Of a stretch of DNA of 64,000 nt, positions 27,645 to 36,131 are shown one piece after another. The notes beneath the pieces were generated by a model. That model saw only the letters and a program-made list of their open reading frames with translations. It searched no databases and was not told where the DNA came from. Origin of the DNA: Terriglobia bacterium (GTDB lineage: Bacteria; Acidobacteriota; Terriglobia; Bryobacterales; Bryobacteraceae). The stretch is taken from contig RGPS01000004.1 in the NCBI GenBank assembly GCA_010084195.1, forward strand, positions 12,000-75,999, written 5' to 3'. A program made the position numbers and the translations under genes. The stretch's first letter is position 1. Every line of letters starts with the position of its first letter.

Positions 27645-30641
27645 TTATTCGATCGTCAGGCTGCCGAGGTTGGAGGCCTTTCCATCGGAATTGACGAGCT
27701 GGACCGAAAAGACGCGCGCCACATTCCCCGGGTTGATCCGAGCAACCATTTTCGTTGCCGCAATACTGGTGATGGCGGTCCCCTGAATGGTGGTGGCAGT
27801 TCCCGCGCCCGAGAGGACGATCTTTAGGCCGGCTTTGAAGCCCGTCCCCGTGATGGTGACGGCCTGAGTGGCACCGGACCGCGCGAGGGTGTTCGGGTTC
27901 ACAGCGGTTACCGTGGGTGCAGATGAAGTGGAGACCGTTGGAACAGCAGGGGCAGGGGTTGCGGGGGCGGTGACTGCCAGGTTTGCGGTCTCCGAAGACT
28001 TACCATCCGGATTGGTTACCTTCACGGTCCACGTGCGAGGCGTTGTTCCAAAGTTGACGGCTACCTTGATGATCGTCGCGGTCAGGGTGGTGGGGACCAG
28101 GGTGGTGGGTACCAGGGTGGAGACGGCACCTCCGGAATAACTAACGCTGACCTTTGCCCCGCTCTGGAACCCACTCCCGTTGAGGGTCACGTTTTGGCCG
28201 ACGGCTGAGCCAACGAGGGAGGCGGGGCTCAGCGACGAGATCAACGGCGGGGGGGCTGTGACGGCCAGGCTGGAGGTCGCGGAACGCTTGCCATCGGGGT
28301 TCACAACCTGCAGCGTCCACGTTCTTACCGTGGTGCCGACGTTCACCGGAACCGCAATGGAGGTGGCCCTGACGGAGGCAGGCGTGAGTGAACTGCTGGT
28401 ACCTCCCGCATAAGTCAGATTCACCTTCGCCCCGGTCTGGAAGTTCGCCCCGGCCAGGGTGATGGTCTGGTTCGCTGTGGACGCCGTGATGGAGGCAGGA
28501 CTCACCGAAGTTACTGACGGCGCCGGAGCCGAGACGGTCAGGTTGAGGGCGACAGACTTCGTGCCATCGGCGTGTACCACCTGTACGGCAAAGGTGGACG
28601 GGAACAGGCCCACGTTCACCGGGACCACGATGGAAGTTGCCGACACCGTAGTCGGAGTCAACACAGCGGTGGTGCCATCGACCTTGGCAAAGTTCACTTT
28701 CGCACCCGCTTTGAAGCCAGTGCCGGTAAGCGTCAGATTCTGGTTCGACGATGATGTGGACAGGGTGGACGGACTGAGCGTAGTAACGACCGGCCCCACG
28801 GCGGCGACGGTTGCTGCCGGCCAGTTCATTACCAGGTTGTAGGCGTTTACCGAACCCAGGCCGCTGGCCAGGTCATAGCCCGGGCCGGCCGCAAAACCGG
28901 TCAGCAGGCCTCCCGAACAATGGAGACTCCCCGCCATACAGGGAACCGCGTTCGTGCCGCTGACAACGTCGTGAAAAGCAGTGGGAAACTGGTCCGCCAT
29001 CGAATACAAAGCAGCCGCCGGATTCCCGGCCCGCGAGTTCAGTTTCTGATTGCGCAGCGCCATGATTCCGGCGAAAGCCGGAGCCGCAGCTGAAGTGCCG
29101 CCGACGCCAATGAGGCCACCATTCAGCATCACCAGATATGGATCATGGCTGGCACCGGAGAGTGAAACGTCCGGCATATAGCGGTGGCGACCGGAAGCTC
29201 CAGGATCGGTGGTCGGCACTCCCGTGCCGGTCTGCCAGGAGGGTGTGGCGTACAAAGAACTCACGCCCCCGGAGCCCGCCCACAAACCTCCGGCAGCCGA
29301 ACTCTCATTCCACACAACTTCCGGTATCCACGCCTTCGCCGTGGCATAGAAAGTGGCCGGATTATTCGAAGCGTTCCAGTATGCCGCGTCGGCACCGGCT
29401 TCATTGAATTGTGTACCTCCCACTGCGAGGTTCCAGGGCGTGGAGGCGATACCGCTGACGGCCAGACCACTGGTAGCCGGATGCGTGGTGCTGCCATAGT
29501 CACACCCCGCCGAGCCGCTGTCTCCTGCAGCAACAATCACCGAAATACCCTGTGCGGCTGCCTGCTGCCACAGGCTGTTGAAGAAGGTGTTCGCACTTCC
29601 TAACTGCGCTTCACACAGGCCAAAGCTTGAAGACAGAATCGGCGCGACGTTGTTATTCACAATGTATTGCGACGACAACATATCGCCGCCCGTCGCATTG
29701 GTACTCGCCGAGAGTACGAATTTAATGGTCGCGTTCTTTGCCACGGCGCCAGCCCACTGGACATCCAGCAAAGCTTCCACTTCTTCGCCCTGGCTGATAA
29801 TGCCGGGGTTAGGTCCATTCAGGATGACCTGTGGGCTATTCACCGGCAACCCGAACATACTACGAAAACTGGTTACATCAGTCAGCAGGAAGTTACTCCG
29901 CCCCACCACCGCCACTGTCTGGCCGGTGCCATCCACGCCGGCGCTCCAGAGAGGGCTAAGGTTGTAAATGGTGGCGAAATCACCCGGCGACAGGGCGTGG
30001 GCGCCGCCCGAGAGATTGGTCAGAGGCCTGGTCTCCGTGTGGTGCAGCGGCAAGGAAAAAAAGTCGTTCAACGAAGCAATGCCGCCCACGATGCCATCGA
30101 GTTCCGCCGGAAGCATAATCTCGGTCGAGTTGGCCAGATGCCTCACCCCGTCCCGATCGTAATGGCGCATTTGAGTGCCGAAAGCGCGTTCCACCTGAAG
30201 TGCCGTACCGCTGAATTCGATGAGTCGCCCGCCACGCGCGATTTCGGCTACTTCGAAGCCTGCGCTTTCCAGCCACCGGGCCACCGCTGCAAGGTCCTGT
30301 GGGGAGGGGGAGAAACGCGTCGCAAACTCCTCCGGAGTGAGCCACTGCCCATACTCCGGAGACAGCGGGTCGTGCTGCCGCTCAACCAGGGAATCCAGAT
30401 CCTTTTGCTGCTCGTCTGTTGGCTTCATCACCAATAACATGCGATCCAGGCGAAGGTCGGCGGTGACTCGTCCCGTTGATCGCAGGCTTTTTGTGAGGGG
30501 ATGCACAGAATCCCGCCGAGCAATCCGCTTGTCCGGACTGATGACTCGCGGTACCCGTTGTGCATAGACTGCGGTGCACATAACAGCAAGAAAAGCTCCG
30601 CGGAATGCCCAGCGCATCCCGCGGGTATTGACGAAACCCAT
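27645..30641 (-). CDS. Secreted sedolisin (peptidase S53, pro-kumamolisin-type propeptide) with four C-terminal IPT/TIG-like Ig repeats
   Basis: Contains a propeptide (LSPEYGQWLTPEEFATRFSPSPQDLAAVARWLESAGFEV), a catalytic domain (EALLDVQW..., VIVAAGDSGSAGCD, GGTSAAAPAFAG with the catalytic Ser), then four ~90-110 aa repeats. I chose start ATG 30641 because ggagg lies 8 nt upstream. The track start is 30695. Confidence 0.85.
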   Translation of the reverse strand: MGFVNTRGMRWAFRGAFLAVMCTAVYAQRVPRVISPDKRIARRDSVHPLTKSLRSTGRVTADLRLDRMLLVMKPTDEQQKDLDSLVERQHDPLSPEYGQWLTPEEFATRFSPSPQDLAAVARWLESAGFEVAEIARGGRLIEFSGTALQVERAFGTQMRHYDRDGVRHLANSTEIMLPAELDGIVGGIASLNDFFSLPLHHTETRPLTNLSGGAHALSPGDFATIYNLSPLWSAGVDGTGQTVAVVGRSNFLLTDVTSFRSMFGLPVNSPQVILNGPNPGIISQGEEVEALLDVQWAGAVAKNATIKFVLSASTNATGGDMLSSQYIVNNNVAPILSSSFGLCEAQLGSANTFFNSLWQQAAAQGISVIVAAGDSGSAGCDYGSTTHPATSGLAVSGIASTPWNLAVGGTQFNEAGADAAYWNASNNPATFYATAKAWIPEVVWNESSAAGGLWAGSGGVSSLYATPSWQTGTGVPTTDPGASGRHRYMPDVSLSGASHDPYLVMLNGGLIGVGGTSAAAPAFAGIMALRNQKLNSRAGNPAAALYSMADQFPTAFHDVVSGTNAVPCMAGSLHCSGGLLTGFAAGPGYDLASGLGSVNAYNLVMNWPAATVAAVGPVVTTLSPSTLSTSSSNQNLTLTGTGFKAGAKVNFAKVDGTTAVLTPTTVSATSIVVPVNVGLFPSTFAVQVVHADGTKSVALNLTVSAPAPSVTSVSPASITASTANQTITLAGANFQTGAKVNLTYAGGTSSSLTPASVRATSIAVPVNVGTTVRTWTLQVVNPDGKRSATSSLAVTAPPPLISSLSPASLVGSAVGQNVTLNGSGFQSGAKVSVSYSGGAVSTLVPTTLVPTTLTATIIKVAVNFGTTPRTWTVKVTNPDGKSSETANLAVTAPATPAPAVPTVSTSSAPTVTAVNPNTLARSGATQAVTITGTGFKAGLKIVLSGAGTATTIQGTAITSIAATKMVARINPGNVARVFSVQLVNSDGKASNLGSLTIE
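27648..28793 (-). repeat. Four tandem domain-coding repeats (~270-330 nt each) within the sedolisin gene
   Basis: The repeats share the pattern ..SPxSLxxSxxxQxxTLxGxGFxxGAKVxxxxxGxxxxLxPxxVxATxIxVxVNxGxxxRTWxxxVxNPDGKxS. Repeat 3 carries an internal 15-nt duplication (28086-28115) coding TLVPTTLVPT. Confidence 0.8.
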
Positions 30642-30881
30642 ACGGCGAACCTCCAAAAGGGCAGAAGGCCGTGCGCAGTCTCGCTTGCCTGTCATGCAGG
30701 AAGCTGTTTCTGACGCGGAACGCCAGAGTGCTGCGCACGTAACCTGCCGTGCCCTTATTCAATTTGCGCGAGATGAAAAAGGGGAAAGAATCCACCTCAA
30801 CGACTAACTGGATAGTAAAGCAGGAAAGTACTGGTACGCTATTCCCCGTATAGAGATTTCGGAGGTATCACCCGGGAAAAT

Positions 30882-32310
30882 TTATTCGGTGGCTGTGGTG
30901 AGGTACGGTAACCCGGAGGCCTTCCACGCGTCGAAGCCGCCTGTCAGATTGGCGATGTCTTCAAAGCCCGCGCGCCGAAGCAGGCTGCTGGCGACGGAGC
31001 TGCGGTAGCCCCCCTTGCAATGGACGGCGATCAGCCTGGTTGGGGACAGTTCCGTGGTCCGCGATCTGAGTTGGCCGAGGGGAATGCAGACAGCCCCCTC
31101 AATCGCGCCGACCGCCAATTCCCCCGGCTCCCGCACGTCCAGAACAGTGACGCCATCAGGTTCCTGCCGTCGGAACTCAGCCAGGTCTGGAGCGGTGATC
31201 TGGGGAATGGATTCCAATTGCAGCCCGCCGCGGACCCAGCCGGAGACGCCATCCTCCAGGTAGCCGGCCACGTCTTCCAGGCCGACCCGTGCCAGCCGCA
31301 ATTGCGATTCGCGGATGTGTTCCAGGTCTTCTCCAACGATGATCAATTGCGTGTTCAGGCCGAGGATTCTGGCGGCCCAGGAAGCGTATTGTCCGGTAAG
31401 TGCGATGTGGACCGACCCCGGCACATGGGCGGCGGCAAATTCTGAGGCGGGACGCGTATCCACCACTACCGTTCCTGCCTGTTGGAGCCGCAGAACTTCA
31501 CTTGCGGAGAAACACTTCAACACCGGGAGTTGCGAAATGGGTGCCGCCCCTTTTCGGTTCAGGTCCACTTCCTGCGCGAAGTATTCCGGTGCCACCGACA
31601 GGTTGTCGGTGAGCAGGTGGACGAACTGGTCGCTGTCAGGGGCCAGCAGCGCGTAGTTCGAAATCTTTTGCTGGCCGAGGGTGGAAGAGCTTTCTGCGCT
31701 CATCTGCCTGCCGCATAACGAACCTGCACCGTGCGCCGGGTAAATCTCCGTGGCATCGGGCAGGCGCAATATCTTTTCGTGGAGGCTCTGGTACAAAAGA
31801 GCGGCCAGCTGCTGCGGGGTGTGCGTGGGGGAGAGGTCTGGTCTGCCGACGTCGCCCACAAAGAGCGTATCTCCGGTGAACAGGATGCCGGGCCGCTCTG
31901 GTTTTGCCCCGCCGAGCAGGCCCTCATCGGTCATCAGGATACAGATGCTCTCCAGCGTATGGCCGGGCGTATGAAAGAAGCGAAGGTGGCAGGCCCCGAA
32001 ATGAAGTTCATCGCCGTCCGTGACGACTATGTGAGGGAACTTTGCGCCGGAGTCCGGGCCCAGGTAAATCTTTGCGCCGGTTCGTTCGGCCAGTTCGTGG
32101 TGCCCGGAGACGAAGTCGGCATGGACGTGAGTCTCGATGATATGCCCGATCTTCCAGCCCTTGTCTGCGGCTGCGGACAGGTATATCCACGTCACGCTGA
32201 GGGTCAATAACGACTGCCACGCCGCCGGATCCGAGCATGTAGGAGGCATGGGCCAGGCAACCCAGGTAGAAGCGATCCACGTCAACTGAACTTTTCGCAA
32301 CCAATTCCAT
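30882..32310 (-). pseudogene. MBL-fold persulfide-dioxygenase-like hydrolase fused to two rhodanese domains; single frameshift near the 5' end
   Basis: The N-terminus MELVAKSSVDVDRFYLGCLAHASYMLGSGGVAVVIDPQRDVDI (ATG 32310) continues as YLSAAADKGWKIGHIIETHVHADFVSGHHELA... only in another frame. The break lies in the atata tract at about 32182-32186. Downstream are FHTPGHTLESICI and two rhodanese modules (CKGGYRSS active-site loop). Confidence 0.75.
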
Positions 32311-32496
32311 CGCCTCTTACGATAGCCCATTGGATATTGAGTGTGAGCCGGAATCGAGTGAGCCGAGCAAAAGGTGACAGAGCCACGGCAATTTTTCCAT
32401 CACTGGCGCGAAGATGGGGTAATTGACGTAGCTCTGTCGCCCACGGATCGGGCAGCGCCGATCCATTTTGGGTCTCGTTCGACTGCGGTCTGTTGC

Positions 32497-33042
32497 TCAG
32501 TGCAACTCTTCGACGGTTACTTCTTTGGGCGTGCCGGTAAACACGGCCTTGACGTAGGCCACAATGTCGGCCAGTTCCTGGTCCGCCAGCCCCATTCCGG
32601 TCGGAGGGTGCTTCCATGTCGTGTTGGGCTTCATGGTGACCTCGCTCTCCCTGAACTTCCGGAGCTCGGCGGGTGTCTTGGTCAGGTCCCAAACTTCCAT
32701 GGTTCCACCCGCCTTCGCCTTTTCAATACCCCGGAAGGTATTGCCGTTGGCCAGCTGGTACTCCTGTACGTAGCACGTTACCGACATCATGATGGTTGTA
32801 TACAGGCCCCTGGGGCCAACCACAGAACCCAGGGTCTTCAGGTTGGGGCCTACCGCCGTGCCTGTGCCCTCAATCGAATGGCATGTCGCACACGAATAGC
32901 TCTTGAAAGTCTTGTGGAATAACTGCCGCCCGCGTTCCACCTGGACGGCTGCCGGGGCTTGCTCTGCAGCCTTCAGGGGAGAGTAAAAAACGACTGTACC
33001 CGCCACGAAAAAGAGAGCCCGGCTGATGTTGGTCCTGAACAT
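32497..33042 (-). CDS. Monoheme c-type cytochrome (secreted)
   Basis: ATG 33042 is preceded by aggagg. The protein has a signal peptide (MFRTNISRALFFVAGTVVFYSPLKA) and a single CATCH heme motif. Confidence 0.75.
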   Translation of the reverse strand: MFRTNISRALFFVAGTVVFYSPLKAAEQAPAAVQVERGRQLFHKTFKSYSCATCHSIEGTGTAVGPNLKTLGSVVGPRGLYTTIMMSVTCYVQEYQLANGNTFRGIEKAKAGGTMEVWDLTKTPAELRKFRESEVTMKPNTTWKHPPTGMGLADQELADIVAYVKAVFTGTPKEVTVEELH

Positions 33043-33180
33043 ATTACCTCCTGCAATCTTGACGGGATGTAATGTGCACGTTGAGTGCCACGGCGAAATC
33101 ACGAGCCTGCTCCCTCGAAACCCCCTCGCCCGGAGAGGAATGCGCGGGATCACGCAAATCTGCGTTTTCTGCCCTGGGCC

Positions 33181-33228
33181 GCTTGCCCAGGGAGAGCTTG
33201 CCCAGGGAGAGCTTGCCCAGGGAGAGCT
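33181..33228. repeat. Perfect 15-nt tandem repeat (gcttgcccagggaga x3, plus partial copy)
   Basis: Read directly at 33181-33225 with a partial fourth copy to 33228. It abuts the actE-like stop codon (33227-33229). The upstream ccctgggc (33172-33179) can pair with gcccaggg in each unit. Confidence 0.9.
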
Positions 33229-33583
33229 ACTGGGCCTGGAGGTAGTCGACGATCAGGTCAATCTGCGCTGCAGAGAGCGTCTTCTGGAAAGCGGGCATGA
33301 AGGCTCCCCCGAAGCGGGTGCGCATCTTAATGTACTCGCGGTTCGGTTTCATGGCGGACATGGGCATTTTTTCACGACGGAACAGCTGGTGGAAGCTGGG
33401 GCCGAATTTCTTCGTTTTGGCTTCATCCACGTCGTGGCAGACCACGCAGTTGCTGCGGTACAGGGCCTGACCCGCCTGGAGGCGACCCTTTTCCCATGCC
33501 GGATTCGGACGGTCGGCAAAGGCCGGAGTTGTGCGGGCGAAACCGGCGAGAAACAGCAGGCCAAGTGTGAGTGCGTACTTCAT
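33227..33583 (-). CDS. actE: Monoheme cytochrome c, ActE-like subunit of the ACIII-like complex
   Basis: 118 aa with a signal peptide and a CVVCH motif. Its start overlaps the ActD-like stop by 4 nt. Confidence 0.65.
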   Translation of the reverse strand: MKYALTLGLLFLAGFARTTPAFADRPNPAWEKGRLQAGQALYRSNCVVCHDVDEAKTKKFGPSFHQLFRREKMPMSAMKPNREYIKMRTRFGGAFMPAFQKTLSAAQIDLIVDYLQAQ

Positions 33584-34083
33584 TTTCCTCTTCTTTCCGT
33601 CTTAATGGCCCCGGTCCTGCGCAGCGTCTCCACAAAGCTATCGGCGCGGGCGGAATCGCATTTCACGCGAAGGCTCATGGAGGCTGGCCCAATCACCGGA
33701 ATGGGTGCTTCGGGGTCACGCCTGCGAATCAGACCGCTCTCCCACAGAAACCAGAAGAAAGTAGCCAGAACTGCACCCAGCATGGTTGTTTCATAAGTGA
33801 TAATTCCCGTCGCCCAGAAAGAAAAAATTGGCATTCCGCCGGTGATCAGCTCGTAGTTATGCTGCGCGTAATAAACAAACCAGGTGGCCAGGGTGCCGAG
33901 GGTGACCGCCCCGGCAACTGCGGCTTTGGACATATTCGAATGCCGGTCCAGGATTCCTTTGCGGAACTCGATGGGTTCTTCGGAAAACACGGCCAGATCC
34001 TCTGCCGTGAGCCCGGCCCCCTTTAGTGCCAGCAGGGCCTCCACCAGCGCGTCCTTCGACCGATATTCAGCAATCAGGAACAT
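33580..34083 (-). CDS. actD: DUF3341 membrane protein, ActD-like subunit
   Basis: ATG 34083 lies 2 nt after the actC stop. The protein reads MFLIAEYRSKDALVEALLALKGAGLTAEDLAVFSEEPIEF... followed by two TM helices, which is the DUF3341 pattern. The track ORF is over-extended upstream. Confidence 0.75.
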   Translation of the reverse strand: MFLIAEYRSKDALVEALLALKGAGLTAEDLAVFSEEPIEFRKGILDRHSNMSKAAVAGAVTLGTLATWFVYYAQHNYELITGGMPIFSFWATGIITYETTMLGAVLATFFWFLWESGLIRRRDPEAPIPVIGPASMSLRVKCDSARADSFVETLRRTGAIKTERRGK

Positions 34084-34085
34084 GC

Positions 34086-35405
34086 TCAGTCCTCCTCCTC
34101 GGGCGAATGGGGTTTGTATTCCCATACGGCGATAATCGGGAAAAGCCGGGCGAACAGCAGATACAGCAGGATCATGGCGGCAAACGTGGCGACGGTGATC
34201 ATCAGTTCCACCCAACTCGGGGAGTAGACGCTGGTGGCCGAAGCGAGGCGAGGCGTCACCAGCGTGGGGACCACAATCAGGTAGCGTTCCAGCCACATGC
34301 CGATCAGGACTCCGAATGACGCGATGACAGCGGTCGTAATACTCCTCAGCTTTTTGATCCCAAGCAGCGTTACCGGGATGACGAAATTCACCACCACCAT
34401 GGTCCAGAACCAGAACGCGTAATCGCCGCGCGTTCGCTGGCCGAAAACACCCATCTCTTTGGGCTCGTTACCGTACCAGATGGTGATGTGCTCGGACATA
34501 GTGAAGTAGAACCAGAGCAGGCTCATGGTGAGCATCAGCTTCGACATGTTGTCAAAGTGGCGCTTGATGAGATAGTTCTCGAGATGCAGCGTGCGGCGCA
34601 GCGTTGCCATCACGATGATGAGCGCGCCGATGCCGGAGAAGATAGCTCCGACAACGAAGTACGGTCCAAACATGGTGCTGTGCCAGGTGGGCGCGATGGA
34701 CATGGAGAAGTCCCAGGCCACCACCGTGTGGACCGAAATGGCAATGGCCAGAATAATGACGGCATTCAGCTTCATCGCCATTTCGAGAGCGTGCCATTCG
34801 CGGTCACTGCCGGTCCAGCCAAGCGAGAGCGTCGTGTACAGCTTCCTGCGCCAGGGCTTATTGTGCGCGCCGAGCTGCGCCATATCCGGGATCAGCGGCA
34901 GATAGAGATAAATGGCACTGCCCGTGACATAGGTGAGGATAGCGACCAGATCCCAGACCAGCGGGGAGCGGAAATTCGGCCACATGAGGCGGGCGTTGGG
35001 ATAGGGAATGAGCCAGTAGAAGAACCAGGCTCGCCCCAGGTGAATGATGGGGAACAGGCCACCGATCATGAGTGCAAAAAGCGTGATGGCTTCGGCGGCA
35101 CGTGTCACCGGCTTACGCCAGGCGGCGTCGGTGAGGCGAAGAATCGCGGAGATCAGGGTGCCTGCGTGGGAGATGCCGATCCAGAAGACGAAATCGACAA
35201 TGTAAAGACCCCAGAAGACGGGCCGGTTGAGGCCGGTAACCCCCAGGCCGTCGCGAAGCTGCACTCCCCAGGCTGCCAGGCCCGCCAGAACCAGCAGGAA
35301 GCACACTGTAACCGTGAACCACCACTTACTGCCGGCTCTCGAAAGAGGCCGGAACAGGTCTTCGCGGATAATGCCGTAGGGCAGGAGTTCGGGATGTTCC
35401 GCCAT
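34086..35405 (-). CDS. actC: NrfD/PsrC-like polytopic quinone-interacting membrane subunit (ActC-like)
   Basis: 439 aa, about 10 TM helices, NrfD-family pattern (GLNRPVFWGLYIVDFVFWIGISHAGTLISA). Confidence 0.85.
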   Translation of the reverse strand: MAEHPELLPYGIIREDLFRPLSRAGSKWWFTVTVCFLLVLAGLAAWGVQLRDGLGVTGLNRPVFWGLYIVDFVFWIGISHAGTLISAILRLTDAAWRKPVTRAAEAITLFALMIGGLFPIIHLGRAWFFYWLIPYPNARLMWPNFRSPLVWDLVAILTYVTGSAIYLYLPLIPDMAQLGAHNKPWRRKLYTTLSLGWTGSDREWHALEMAMKLNAVIILAIAISVHTVVAWDFSMSIAPTWHSTMFGPYFVVGAIFSGIGALIIVMATLRRTLHLENYLIKRHFDNMSKLMLTMSLLWFYFTMSEHITIWYGNEPKEMGVFGQRTRGDYAFWFWTMVVVNFVIPVTLLGIKKLRSITTAVIASFGVLIGMWLERYLIVVPTLVTPRLASATSVYSPSWVELMITVATFAAMILLYLLFARLFPIIAVWEYKPHSPEEED

Positions 35406-35408
35406 ATG

Positions 35409-36131
35409 TTACCGGGCCCTGTCCAGATAGACGACCTTAGGTTTGGTGCCCAGCTCCTCCATCAATTTGGTGGCGCGGCCATCACCCGCAAGGCGCGAAA
35501 CCTTGCTGTCGGGATCGTTCAGGTCGCCAAAGACCATCGCCTCGGCCGGGCAGGACTGCACGCAGGCGGGTTGCACTTCGCCATCGGCAACCGGACGTGA
35601 ACCCGCGTCGGCACTCTCTTCCACACGCTTAATGCGCTGGATGCAGAACGTGCATTTCTCCATCACGCCACCGGGGCGGAGAGAAACATCCGGATTGTGC
35701 TGGAGTTGCATCGGTTCCGGCCACTGGGGGTCGAACCAGTTGAAAGACCGGACAGTGTACGGGCAGTTATTGGCACAGTAGAACGTGCCAACGCAGCGGT
35801 TGTAGACCTGAACGTTGAGGCCTTCCGGATTGTGATACGTTGCGTTCACCGGGCAAACCGGCTCACAGGGCGCTTCGTCGCAATGCTGGCAGAGGACGGG
35901 TCGGTATTTCACCTTCACGTCCGGGAACTGGCCCTCGTAGTAGCGGTCCACGCGAAGCCAGTGATTGACGCGGCCACGCGCCGCTTCCTCCGGGTTCGAG
36001 ACGGCTATGTTGTTCTCGGCATGGCAGGCGACCACGCAGGCCTCGCACCCGGTACAGCGGTCCAGGTCAACGACCATACCCCAGCGGTGTGGTTTCGCTT
36101 GATCGGTATGGGTTTCTTTACCGGTGGGCAT
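35409..36131 (-). CDS. actB: 4Fe-4S ferredoxin-type subunit (ActB2 / PsrB-NrfC-like)
   Basis: Four Cys clusters (CTGCEACVVAC, CQHCDEAPCEPVCP, CVGTFYCANNCP, CTFC...C..SCP). Confidence 0.85.
   Translation of the reverse strand: MPTGKETHTDQAKPHRWGMVVDLDRCTGCEACVVACHAENNIAVSNPEEAARGRVNHWLRVDRYYEGQFPDVKVKYRPVLCQHCDEAPCEPVCPVNATYHNPEGLNVQVYNRCVGTFYCANNCPYTVRSFNWFDPQWPEPMQLQHNPDVSLRPGGVMEKCTFCIQRIKRVEESADAGSRPVADGEVQPACVQSCPAEAMVFGDLNDPDSKVSRLAGDGRATKLMEELGTKPKVVYLDRAR

Noticed and set aside
33181-33228. Possible CRISPR arrays at the tandem repeats (33181, 46312, 52381).
   Set aside because: The units are 15-18 nt and directly abutting, with no spacers. No cas genes lie nearby. These are simple tandem repeats, not CRISPRs.
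33026-33796. 256-aa plus-strand ORF containing GELAQGELAQGELL.
   Set aside because: The repeat peptide is just the translation of the intergenic 15-nt tandem repeat. The rest of the ORF is antisense to actE/actD.
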